Shown: piece after piece, positions 1 to 8,637 of the stretch
Layout: each line of letters starts with the position of its first letter
Numbering within the stretch: the first letter of the stretch is position 1
Source: Candidatus Heimdallarchaeota archaeon
Lineage (GTDB): Archaea > Asgardarchaeota > Heimdallarchaeia > JABLTI01
Direction: 5' to 3'
Assembly (NCBI GenBank): GCA_030614005.1
Contig: JAUWKS010000020.1
Location: 1-32,000, forward strand
Length of the DNA stretch: 32,000 nucleotides
The notes under the pieces: model-generated
What the model saw: the letters and a program-made list of their open reading frames with translations, nothing else
Database searches by the model: none
Told to the model about the DNA's origin: nothing
Made by a program: the position numbers and the translations under genes

Positions 1-203
1 GCGAATGATGAAAAACTCATTGTTAAACCACTAAGCACTTCTTTTAAGGTCCAATCCATTCCTGCAGTTCCATTAGGGATTAAATTAATACTCAGATCTT
101 CTTTAGGAAGAGTATTGTTTGCTGCTCTGACATTAACAGCTACTGTAACTATGAACGAAAGTAATATTGCGATAGCTATAAATTGAATGCTCTTTTTCAT
201 CAT
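1..203 (-). CDS. Secreted/surface protein, N-terminal part only (runs off the window edge)
   Basis: Hand translation from ATG at 203: MMKKSIQFIAIAILLSFIVTVAVNVRAANNTLPKEDLSINLIPNG..., open to base 1. It has a basic N-region, a hydrophobic core and a VRA/A signal-peptidase-like site, with an AGGT RBS-like sequence upstream. Confidence 0.7.
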   Translation of the reverse strand, partial: MMKKSIQFIAIAILLSFIVTVAVNVRAANNTLPKEDLSINLIPNGTAGMDWTLKEVLSGLTMSFSSF

Positions 204-435
204 TTTTCTACCTACTTGATTCATACCAATTTCTTTTTTTAAAATCTATCCTTTAGAATTTATTATTTGCCTTTAAATAGCTCTTATTTAATTATGTGTA
301 AATAAATAAGGTTTATAAAGATTCAAGTTAGTTTTAATTCGAGAAGATATTTCTCAATATATGCTCATTCCCACCTATTACATAATATTTCTGCTGATGG
401 TTTATTCAGAGAATAAGCCCGATTAACAAATTAGA

Positions 436-1374
436 GTGAGCAATTTGAAAAAGATTAAGATTATTACTGATAGTAGTTGCGATTTGACTATTGATGAATT
501 GAATGAATTAGATGTTGACTTTGTTCCTGCCTATGTAATCATTGACGGCAAAAAGTACAAACAGCATGTGAATATTACCACTGATGAAATGTATCATCAG
601 CTAATTGTTGAGAAGAAAACTATTACTTCTGCAGCATCGTCTCCGGGAGAATTTCATAAGGTTTATGAAAGAGCTTTCAAAGAAGCTGAATCTATTATTA
701 TCATAACTATTCACGGCAAGCTTTCAGCAATGTATAGTACTGCTAAGATGGTTGCAGATAAATTCTTTCCAAAAAGAGATATTACTGTTGTTGATTCAAA
801 AACTGCTTCTTTTGCGCATGCAATCCTTGTTCAAGAAGCAGCGCAATTAGTAAAACTTGGCAAATCAAAAGATGAAATAGTTGCTAGGTTAAGATTTCTG
901 GCTGAAAATACTAAAGCATTACCTCTTTTAGACACTCTTGAATATCTTTATCGTGGAGGAAGAATCAAACTCTATCAAAGATTATTGGGAAGTCTCGTTG
1001 GAATTAAAGCATTGGTTCTGATTGATAAAAAAGGTTCGAATATGGATGCAAAAGTAAAAGGTAGAAAGAATGCATTAATTCAAATGAAAATGTGTGGTTT
1101 GCAAATCTTAGATCGCTTGATCATCAAACGTTTATATGTTGCTTATTCAAACAACAAAGATCTTGCAATTGAAGTTGCGGACTTTTTACTCGAAAACAGC
1201 CCAGGCGATATTGAAATTTCTATAGGACAACTTGGTGCGGTTGTCGGTGTTCATGGGGGTAACGATGTCGTTGGTTTTGGATTTGTCGGAGAGTACAACG
1301 TCAAAATGTTCTCCAGTGTGGGAGAAACAACTAAAGATTTTATCAAAGAAAAATTACAAATTGTCAAGGGATGA
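436..1374 (+). CDS. DegV family (FakB-like) fatty-acid-binding protein
   Basis: Motifs KIITDSSCDL, TSAASSPGEF, ISGKLS-like IHGKLSAMY, VVDSK, LDTLEYLYRGGRI and GAVVGVHGG are typical of DegV. GTG start. Confidence 0.92.
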   Translation: MSNLKKIKIITDSSCDLTIDELNELDVDFVPAYVIIDGKKYKQHVNITTDEMYHQLIVEKKTITSAASSPGEFHKVYERAFKEAESIIIITIHGKLSAMYSTAKMVADKFFPKRDITVVDSKTASFAHAILVQEAAQLVKLGKSKDEIVARLRFLAENTKALPLLDTLEYLYRGGRIKLYQRLLGSLVGIKALVLIDKKGSNMDAKVKGRKNALIQMKMCGLQILDRLIIKRLYVAYSNNKDLAIEVADFLLENSPGDIEISIGQLGAVVGVHGGNDVVGFGFVGEYNVKMFSSVGETTKDFIKEKLQIVKG

Positions 1375-2931
1375 GTCACTAGATTCATCCCTCTCAGCCA
1401 TTTTTTCTGTATATTGAGCTATGGTTATATTCTTAACTTGTTCTGGGTTTTCCGTTAAATTAGTAATGAGAGACAAGTATCCTGTTAGTACTTTTTCAGG
1501 AGGTATTGTTTTGAAATTTCTTATCACTTGTGCTTCTTTTACTCCTATGCAACGTAGTTTAAGTTCTTGATCAGATATTTTTTCGAATAACAAGCTAAGT
1601 TGGTATTTCTTTTTTATAGTAGGATGAAGTAATTTGAAGGATAGATAAACAACATTTCGTGTTAAATCTTGTTGTGAATTTTCCGTTTCTAATAATTCTT
1701 GATATTTTTTTGGGAGAATCAATTTTTCAATATTGACTGTATTCACCTTTTCATAAGCTTCTTGTTGTATATTAGATTCTATTTTAGTCAATAATTTAGA
1801 GTTAATAATAATGTTACTAAATTTACTTGTAACATAAGATAATGAGTATAACTCATTGTAATCAGGTGATTTTTCATTCTCACTTGCTGTTACACATTGC
1901 CAGTAAGATGCTTCTCTTGAGATTCTTACTCTCTTTTGAGATTTAATTGGATCATAATCTTGGAATTCTTTTGTAACCAAAAGGTCATCACTTTTATGTG
2001 ATTGTTCTTTGATATCAATGAGTTCCTTGTATTTTTTCTTCAAGGTGTTTCTAGCCATTCGATTCCACAAATCACCCCAATCAATAAAGAGGAAAAGAGC
2101 TATTATTCCAATGCTTGCTATCCAAACAATAGCTGATAACCAAATTGGAGGTGCTTCTCCGGCTGTTCCGTCAGATTGCAAACCAAATGCCCAGAAAATA
2201 ATTCCACCAACACTGGTACCTGCGAGATATTTTGCTACAAGCCCAGTTCCAGTTGTAAGGACAATTTTTCCAAAAAAGCACCAAATAACCGTTTTCCAAA
2301 GAGCATAGCCTAACAATCCAATGAAAATCAGTATCGCATCATCAGGTAACGGAGTCGCTGCAAAGAGAAAAATAATCAAAGGTGCAAGACCTCTATCGAT
2401 CCATTTTTGTGCTCTAGCAACTTGTTTTTCCATACTACCTTCTATTACGTTTTTACTTGCTCTGCCAATTAACCATGCGGAAGTTTCACCAATCGCTGCA
2501 CCAGCACCTGCTGCTACTCCCATTAGTACAATAAGTGGTGCTGTTATTGATGGCCTTGTTGCAACTGCTACCAAAGCGATTGTGTATGGTACAGGAAAAA
2601 TAACCGTAAAATTACCAAAAATAGATATAACAAATATTCCGAGAAAGATACCAAATAAGCCAACTTTTTTTTCAAACCAATCTACAATATTGGTCATAAT
2701 TTCTCCCATGTTTATATTCAAGGCTGCTAAAACGATTATTACCACAACAAACAAGGAAAGAAAAATGATTGATGCCAATCGTTCTTTATCTTTTGTAAAC
2801 CAATCCCATATCCGTCTGAAAGAATTTTCACGCTCTTCAAATTCATATTCGTTTCTTTGAACAGAATCATTATTCGGCTCTCTATGCTCAAAATTCTGTT
2901 CCAATTTACCATTCTTCTCAGACATGATCAT
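1354..2931 (-). CDS. DedA/VTT-superfamily membrane protein with a ~235-aa C-terminal soluble extension
   Basis: Several hydrophobic segments plus FPVPY, GAAIGETSAWLIGR and FLFAATPLPDD...G motifs of archaeal DedA/VTT proteins. Hydrophilic tail after about residue 290. Confidence 0.8.
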   Translation of the reverse strand: MIMSEKNGKLEQNFEHREPNNDSVQRNEYEFEERENSFRRIWDWFTKDKERLASIIFLSLFVVVIIVLAALNINMGEIMTNIVDWFEKKVGLFGIFLGIFVISIFGNFTVIFPVPYTIALVAVATRPSITAPLIVLMGVAAGAGAAIGETSAWLIGRASKNVIEGSMEKQVARAQKWIDRGLAPLIIFLFAATPLPDDAILIFIGLLGYALWKTVIWCFFGKIVLTTGTGLVAKYLAGTSVGGIIFWAFGLQSDGTAGEAPPIWLSAIVWIASIGIIALFLFIDWGDLWNRMARNTLKKKYKELIDIKEQSHKSDDLLVTKEFQDYDPIKSQKRVRISREASYWQCVTASENEKSPDYNELYSLSYVTSKFSNIIINSKLLTKIESNIQQEAYEKVNTVNIEKLILPKKYQELLETENSQQDLTRNVVYLSFKLLHPTIKKKYQLSLLFEKISDQELKLRCIGVKEAQVIRNFKTIPPEKVLTGYLSLITNLTENPEQVKNITIAQYTEKMAERDESSDSSLDNL

Positions 2932-3181
2932 CTACCTGTTTCAATTTTATAAGTTATACAATTGGGAGAGTAAAGTTAGTTTTTATATTTACTGTAATAA
3001 CTAAAATAATAAATATTTGCAAATCTAATCAATTATCGATTTCAATAGTTATCGACAATAAAAAAAAGAGCGCAATGGTTCGATAGTACAGTTTTTAACT
3101 GATGAAGAATAACTAGTACTATCAAATTAGAAATTAGTCAAACCTCCATTAAATTAGGAGGGAATTGGAGACATAAACAGA

Positions 3182-4828
3182 ATGGCTTTTCAAAAAGAAA
3201 ACCAAATGGGAATCCCCCTAGGGGATAATTTTGTAGACTTCACGACAAGAGTTGATAAGATTTCTCTAGAGACAATAGTAGAGGTTTCTGCTAAGTATAA
3301 TTGCAAGCAAGAATTTGCTGGTGTTATTCATTTAATATCCACTGACTTAAACGTCGACTCTGAATTAATTTTAAGTGATCTCCAAAGCGAATTGAAACGA
3401 CTTGAAAAAATAGGTGAAGAACCCCCAGAAATAGAAACATATTTGCACAGGTTTGCAATTTCAGAAGGGAAATGGATTGCTTTTCTTAGAGAATCATTTC
3501 CAAACAATCTGATAAAAGAAGGGAAAAAAATCCAAGAACAATTTGCAAAAATAGGTAAATTGAAAGGTAGCGATTTAATAACTTTGGCAACGCAAATAAT
3601 GATGGAAAGGCAATTTATCGCTGCAAATACAATTCTACCAGTAATAGATAAGTGGGTTGAGGAACATAAAGGATCCACAGATTACGAGGCAGCTCTCCAC
3701 ATACTCAGAGGATATATGAAGAAACGAGATTTTGTTGATATTATAAAACAAATGGAAGAAGCCAAAGAACATCTTGTAAAGCAAATACAAATTTTAGGTG
3801 ATATTTTAGCAAATGCGGAAAGCACAAATTGGATTTTTCGCTCATTAATTGAAGTTGAACTATTATTCGAGGATTTGAGTCAAAGTTTAGCAGACTTAAC
3901 AAATAAAGGTGCAGCAGATATTGTTTTGTGGCTCGTGTCAAAAAGCTATGAAAAGGCTACCGGAGACTTTACTTCTCAAGAAGATATGTCAAAATTGATT
4001 ATGCGATTCCAATTAGAATCTGCTTTAGGTATCGCTTCTGCATCTCCCTTGGCAACTTTGGAATATGAACTTTTGTCTTTAAATTACAAAGACAATTTAG
4101 CGAAATCAAAATTAGTTGATGAAATGATACTAAAAGCTTGGAAAGAAGCACGAATTGGGAACACCCCACTAGACATCGGAAGGGAAATTCTCTCACTATT
4201 GATGGATTATAGTAATACCTCACCATTATTTTTATCAAAATTACCAAGACATTTTGCGTATGTTACGGAATTTTTTGAAAGTGATAAACTAAGACTAGCT
4301 CGTGCACTTGAAAAAGCTAAAATAAAAGGGAAGGAACCAACTGCTAAAGAAATGCAGAATGCTGTTATTCTTGATTATTTAATCATTTTTGCTCGAAATT
4401 TTGTAGCTGGTAATATGAAAGCAGATGATAAAGACCTTAATGTTCCAGATGAACCTAAGAGATTGGATCTAACACCTGCAGAAAAAGATATTATTGACAT
4501 GATCGATGCTGCAGTTCAAAGAGGTATTCGTTCCCAAAACAGAACACAAGCAATGAAAGTTCTTGCAGCACAAATAAATTCCATGTATCAAAGATGTCTC
4601 AATCAAGTTAAAAACGAAGTTTCTGTTGGTGAATGCATGCTCTACGGCATCTATAATTTAAATGGCATTGAAATATCTAGAGAAAAAGCAAGAAATTTGA
4701 TTCTCGATCATTTCACTCGAATGAAAGTTTCAGCTGCTACTTCTGGAAAGAAAAGGATTGACTCGGTAGTTCAAAAAGCAATTGCTATTGAAATTGAAGA
4801 AAAAATATTCAAAAGGGATATCAAATAA
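3182..4828 (+). CDS. Hypothetical, predicted all-alpha-helical 548-aa protein
   Basis: Long ORF with protein-like composition and AGGAGG upstream. No recognisable motif. Confidence 0.85.
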   Translation: MAFQKENQMGIPLGDNFVDFTTRVDKISLETIVEVSAKYNCKQEFAGVIHLISTDLNVDSELILSDLQSELKRLEKIGEEPPEIETYLHRFAISEGKWIAFLRESFPNNLIKEGKKIQEQFAKIGKLKGSDLITLATQIMMERQFIAANTILPVIDKWVEEHKGSTDYEAALHILRGYMKKRDFVDIIKQMEEAKEHLVKQIQILGDILANAESTNWIFRSLIEVELLFEDLSQSLADLTNKGAADIVLWLVSKSYEKATGDFTSQEDMSKLIMRFQLESALGIASASPLATLEYELLSLNYKDNLAKSKLVDEMILKAWKEARIGNTPLDIGREILSLLMDYSNTSPLFLSKLPRHFAYVTEFFESDKLRLARALEKAKIKGKEPTAKEMQNAVILDYLIIFARNFVAGNMKADDKDLNVPDEPKRLDLTPAEKDIIDMIDAAVQRGIRSQNRTQAMKVLAAQINSMYQRCLNQVKNEVSVGECMLYGIYNLNGIEISREKARNLILDHFTRMKVSAATSGKKRIDSVVQKAIAIEIEEKIFKRDIK

Positions 4829-4865
4829 TTACTTTATCCCTTTTTCAAACTATTTTTATTAATTA

Positions 4866-6047
4866 TTATTGAAGTGTTGCTAGAATATCATTAGTTCTTT
4901 TAATGCCCTCAAGGATATCTACTAATCCACTTGCAAGTGAAATTCTAAGGTAATTTTCTTCGTTTCCAAAAACGGAACCCGCAGTTAAAGCAACTCCTTT
5001 CTCTTCTAGAATCTTTACCGCAAGCTTATTCGAAGGTATGGAACCCTCATATTTCATAAAAAGATAAAAAGCGCCTTCAGGTTTTCTGCAAGAAAGATAA
5101 TCACATTGTTCGATTAATTCAAGACTCTTATCACGACGAATTTTATATTCAGCAACCATTTTCATCGTTGGTTCTTCTAATTCAAGAGCTTTTATTGCAG
5201 CCCATTGTGTCGGTGTATTTACACACGTGCTAATATTCTGTTGCACTTTATTCATAGAATCAACAAGCTCTTTGTTACCAATTGCGTATCCAAATCTCCA
5301 TCCAGTCATAGCATGAGATTTGCTTAATCCATCAATAACTAAGGTTCGATCCAATGATTGAGAGACCGATAGATATTGGTGGTATTTTCCCTCAAAAATA
5401 ATTTTCTTGTATATTTCATCAGTGATTATCATTAAATCATTATCGTTAGATAAATCGTTGATGAATTTCAATGTATCCAAATCGTAAATTGTCCCTGTAG
5501 GGTTACTTGGTGAGTTGATTAGAAGTGCTTTAGTGTTTTTATCTATTGCATCTTTGATGGATTCTTCTGGAAAACTAAAATCTTCGGTAACAGCTTGAAC
5601 GACTCTTGTTTCTGCACCAATAAATTGAATTATTCCCGAGTAACTAGGCCAAAAGGGAGAAATAACTGCGATGTTGTCTCCAGGGTCAACTAATGAAACT
5701 AATGCATTAAACAATGATGCCTTAGCTCCAGGAGTAGTTATCACATTTCTTTTGGGATCAATTTCAACACCAGTATCTTTTGAATGAACTGAAGCGATTT
5801 TTTCTAGCAAGGGTCGTACTCCCTTTGAAGAAGTGTATCCTGTTTTGCCTTCTTTCATAGCATTATAGGCAGCCTCAATAATCTCAGTTGGAGTATTAAA
5901 ATTCGGTTGACCAATTTCAAGATGGATAATTTCCTTTCCTTTAGCTTCTAATTCTGTTGACAGTATTTTCATTTTCAAGGTTCCACTAGCAGGAACACGA
6001 AGAGCACATTTTGATAGTTTGTTATTTTTAGATGTCATATGAAACAC
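4866..6047 (-). CDS. PLP-dependent class I/II aminotransferase (aspartate aminotransferase-like)
   Basis: LEIGQPNF, GYTSSKG, INSPSNPTG, DEIY and the PLP-lysine motif GLSKSHAMTGWRFG; EGAFY; LRIS. Confidence 0.95.
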   Translation of the reverse strand: MFHMTSKNNKLSKCALRVPASGTLKMKILSTELEAKGKEIIHLEIGQPNFNTPTEIIEAAYNAMKEGKTGYTSSKGVRPLLEKIASVHSKDTGVEIDPKRNVITTPGAKASLFNALVSLVDPGDNIAVISPFWPSYSGIIQFIGAETRVVQAVTEDFSFPEESIKDAIDKNTKALLINSPSNPTGTIYDLDTLKFINDLSNDNDLMIITDEIYKKIIFEGKYHQYLSVSQSLDRTLVIDGLSKSHAMTGWRFGYAIGNKELVDSMNKVQQNISTCVNTPTQWAAIKALELEEPTMKMVAEYKIRRDKSLELIEQCDYLSCRKPEGAFYLFMKYEGSIPSNKLAVKILEEKGVALTAGSVFGNEENYLRISLASGLVDILEGIKRTNDILATLQ

Positions 6048-6237
6048 CCTTGCTTAATATAATTCATTTCCGACTTTCTGGTTCGTTATTAACGGAATCC
6101 CATTATTAACAATCTAATGCAGAGGTACATTCTTATTTTTATTCGTTGCTATCTCTCAGCATTTATTCAATGAAAAATATGACACAAAGAAGCAAATCTT
6201 TGTAAAGGTCGAAAAATAAATAAAAATAATAGAATTT

Positions 6238-6263
6238 GCCAACACTCTTTTCAGAGCATTGAC
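6238..6263 (-). other. 11-bp RNA hairpin with GAAA tetraloop downstream of the P1 gene
   Basis: Minus strand GTCAATGCTCT-GAAA-AGAGTGTTGGC. The stem is complete only on the minus strand because it needs three G-U pairs. Confidence 0.55.
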
Positions 6264-6302
6264 GGAAATTTTTTCTCTGTGAAAAAGTAATCAGATTATT
6301 GC

Positions 6303-6629
6303 TCAACCAAAGAGTGAGCTTAATCCAGACTCTTCTTCCTCTTCTTCTTCTTCTTCTGGTTCTGGGGCAGCTGCGGGAGCAGCGGCTTTTGCAGCGGCTT
6401 TTGCAGCAGCTTTTGCAGCAGCTGGAGCGGCGGCGGGAGCGGCGGCTGGCATAACAGCAGCAGATTTGATGGCATCTTTGATGTTAACTTCACCGAGAGC
6501 AGCGACTAAACCTTTGATCCTGTTCTTGTCTGGAGTTAATCCAGCAGCGGTCAATATATCACCAATAGCTTTTTCGGTGACCTTTTTACCAGATGAATGT
6601 AGTATTAATGAAGCATGAAGGTATTCCAT
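6303..6629 (-). CDS. rpl12: Archaeal ribosomal stalk protein P1 (L12p)
   Basis: MEY.HASLILH..GK.VTE...L.AAG...D..R...LVAAL.. N-domain, Ala/Pro hinge, acidic stretch, and C-terminal GLSSLFG. Confidence 0.97.
   Translation of the reverse strand: MEYLHASLILHSSGKKVTEKAIGDILTAAGLTPDKNRIKGLVAALGEVNIKDAIKSAAVMPAAAPAAAPAAAKAAAKAAAKAAAPAAAPEPEEEEEEEEESGLSSLFG
6379..6423. repeat. 12-bp tandem repeat (about 3.75 copies) encoding the AAKA hinge of P1
   Basis: gcagcggctttt gcagcggctttt gcagcagctttt gcagcagct. Confidence 0.9.
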
Positions 6630-6878
6630 TTTTGTTTTTCTCCAATTTTTCTTACTATTTTTTTAGTTTTAGTTTGGTTTACAAGTACAAGATACTTGCA
6701 ACTATCTTGAGAAGGTTTTTGTTTCTTTTAAAAATCTTCTGTTGACAAACAAAAATACTGACTGAGGCAATATCATTTAAGTCACGTATAATAATTATTG
6801 CTAAAGAAATAATTAAATCCATAAATGTTAAAAACATAAATAAAAGGTAATTTTATAATATAGCGAGGGAAATAAACA

Positions 6879-7715
6879 ATGGTTCCACAGAAAAAAAATC
6901 CGGAAAAAAAGAAGAAATCCATCCCAAAAGATAAGATTATCAAAATGGTGAAAGATCAAGAATATGTTGATTTAGGAGAACCTTTTGGTGAGAGTGCAAG
7001 AAGATATCTTGCTTTTCAATTAACAAAATTAATCGATAAAAGGGAAATAACTGGGACGGTAATCACTCCAGAAGGAGTTTTCATTTCTCTAACAAGTTCC
7101 GAAGTGAAGGATATTGTTCGCTTGATTAAAGCGAAGGGTTTTTGCAACCTTGAAGAGCTTGCTGTCGAGAACAAGTGGAATCCTAAAGTAGTAACATTGG
7201 TTGCAAAGTCACGAATTAACCTTATACAAAGAAAGGATGATAAAATAATCACCAGGGATTCTGCAAAAGATATTCTCTATCAAAATGTTGTTCAAGGTGT
7301 CGATGTTGATATCTATGAACTTGCAGAAGAATTACAACTTAAGAAATCTATTACTAGAGAATTACTACAATCGTTAATTGAAGATGGTAAGATTGAAGGT
7401 GTTTATGTAAAATCGTCCCATAAATTTCTACCAATGGAGCAGCTTGAAGAATCTATTAGAGAACTAATTGAGGATTTGGAAAATCAAAAAGTATCACAAG
7501 TATCGTTTGGAGCAATAGCAGAGGATTACAGTATTTCAGATGATCAGGTATACAATATTTTGTTGAAACTTCATAATGTCGGAGATATTGACGTTCAACT
7601 AAATTTGGGCTTGAAAATTTGTTTAATCAAAGAAAATATTGAATTGGAGAAAATTATTGAGAGAATACCTGAAGAAGAGAGAAAATTGGATGTCGAAGAT
7701 TTAACTCAGAAATAG
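6879..7715 (+). CDS. Winged-helix repeat protein with an N-terminal DDRGK1/UFBP1-like domain followed by UFL1/PCI-like winged helices
   Basis: Residues 48-95 LTKLIDKREITGTVITPEGVFISLTSSEVKDIVRLIKAKGFCNLEELA line up with human DDRGK1 [47 protein letters not shown] (recalled, not searched). Further WH-type repeats: DIYELAEELQL...LQSLIEDGKIEG and VSFGAIAEDYSIS. Confidence 0.7.
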   Translation: MVPQKKNPEKKKKSIPKDKIIKMVKDQEYVDLGEPFGESARRYLAFQLTKLIDKREITGTVITPEGVFISLTSSEVKDIVRLIKAKGFCNLEELAVENKWNPKVVTLVAKSRINLIQRKDDKIITRDSAKDILYQNVVQGVDVDIYELAEELQLKKSITRELLQSLIEDGKIEGVYVKSSHKFLPMEQLEESIRELIEDLENQKVSQVSFGAIAEDYSISDDQVYNILLKLHNVGDIDVQLNLGLKICLIKENIELEKIIERIPEEERKLDVEDLTQK

Positions 7716-7836
7716 AAAACCTAATAAAAAGCGCAATATGTGGTTAAAAGAAAGTTTTTATTTAGAAGTAAATAAAGTCAACTAAGATTAATGAACAAAG
7801 AATAGAATGCAGGTAAGAATAAATGGAGAAAAAAAA

Positions 7837-8613
7837 ATGAGTGCTAAACCACCTAAAAAACCTAGAAAAATTCCAGATGAATATGAAGTATTGACAATTA
7901 AATTAACTATGGAACTCAAAAAAGAAGTGGGAAAAGAAATCGCTGCTTTACTTCTTGTTGGAAGCGTTGCTAATAACAATTACATGAAAGGTGACTCTGA
8001 TTGTGATTTCTATCTAGTAATTAAGAAAGACAGAGATAAACAAGTAGAAATTCTCCAGAAGATTGGTGTAATAAAAGCAAAATTTGAAAATGATCCTCAA
8101 TATTCCTCTCTATTAGATTTAATGGTTTTCTTTGAAGAAGATCTTAATGAAGAAAATATTAATGCTTCAAGTATTGTTAATTGGGTTCACATTTGGACAG
8201 GACAAAATGGAATCCTGAAAATTGGCGAAGAAAATCCATTCTCAAAGGTTAAAATAACTCCTGGTAAGCTCAAAAAAGGAGCTACTCAAATGTGTTTAGA
8301 TAATGTATTTGTTATGCGTGATAGTTTTATAAACACTCCAGCAGGCAAAGATGGAGAACTAACCTTTTATGCGAGTGATGCAGTAATTGGGTGTGCTCAA
8401 GCATATTTAGTTCATTTAGGCGAAAAGAAATTTAACAGATATAACATACCTGAACTTTTCGCAGAGAAAAGCACTGTTAAAGTAGATTCAAAAATAATCA
8501 AAGACGCGAGAGATTACCGATTAGGAGTAAAAATCGATGACGTTCATGATTTTCTAGAAAAATGCTACGATTTTGGTTGGACGTTATTAGAGGTTATGCT
8601 TAAAGGTAAATAA
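7837..8613 (+). CDS. Pol-beta-fold nucleotidyltransferase with a C-terminal helical (HEPN/KNTase-like) domain
   Basis: LLVGSVA....GDSDCDFYLVI (GS plus DxD), with a third Asp in LDL. The start is placed at 7837 rather than 7807 because GGAG lies just upstream. Confidence 0.8.
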   Translation: MSAKPPKKPRKIPDEYEVLTIKLTMELKKEVGKEIAALLLVGSVANNNYMKGDSDCDFYLVIKKDRDKQVEILQKIGVIKAKFENDPQYSSLLDLMVFFEEDLNEENINASSIVNWVHIWTGQNGILKIGEENPFSKVKITPGKLKKGATQMCLDNVFVMRDSFINTPAGKDGELTFYASDAVIGCAQAYLVHLGEKKFNRYNIPELFAEKSTVKVDSKIIKDARDYRLGVKIDDVHDFLEKCYDFGWTLLEVMLKGK

Positions 8614-8637
8614 AAATTTCAATGAAGGGAATAAGAT

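Noticed and set aside
2009-2860. Plus-strand ORFs of 99 and 179 aa
   Set aside because: Antisense shadows of the hydrophobic DedA coding region; no RBS or motif.
6291-6305. Selenocysteine readthrough of the P1 TGA, using the downstream hairpin as a SECIS
   Set aside because: LFG is the conserved P1 C-terminus, readthrough would add only about 4 residues, and the hairpin lacks SECIS core motifs.
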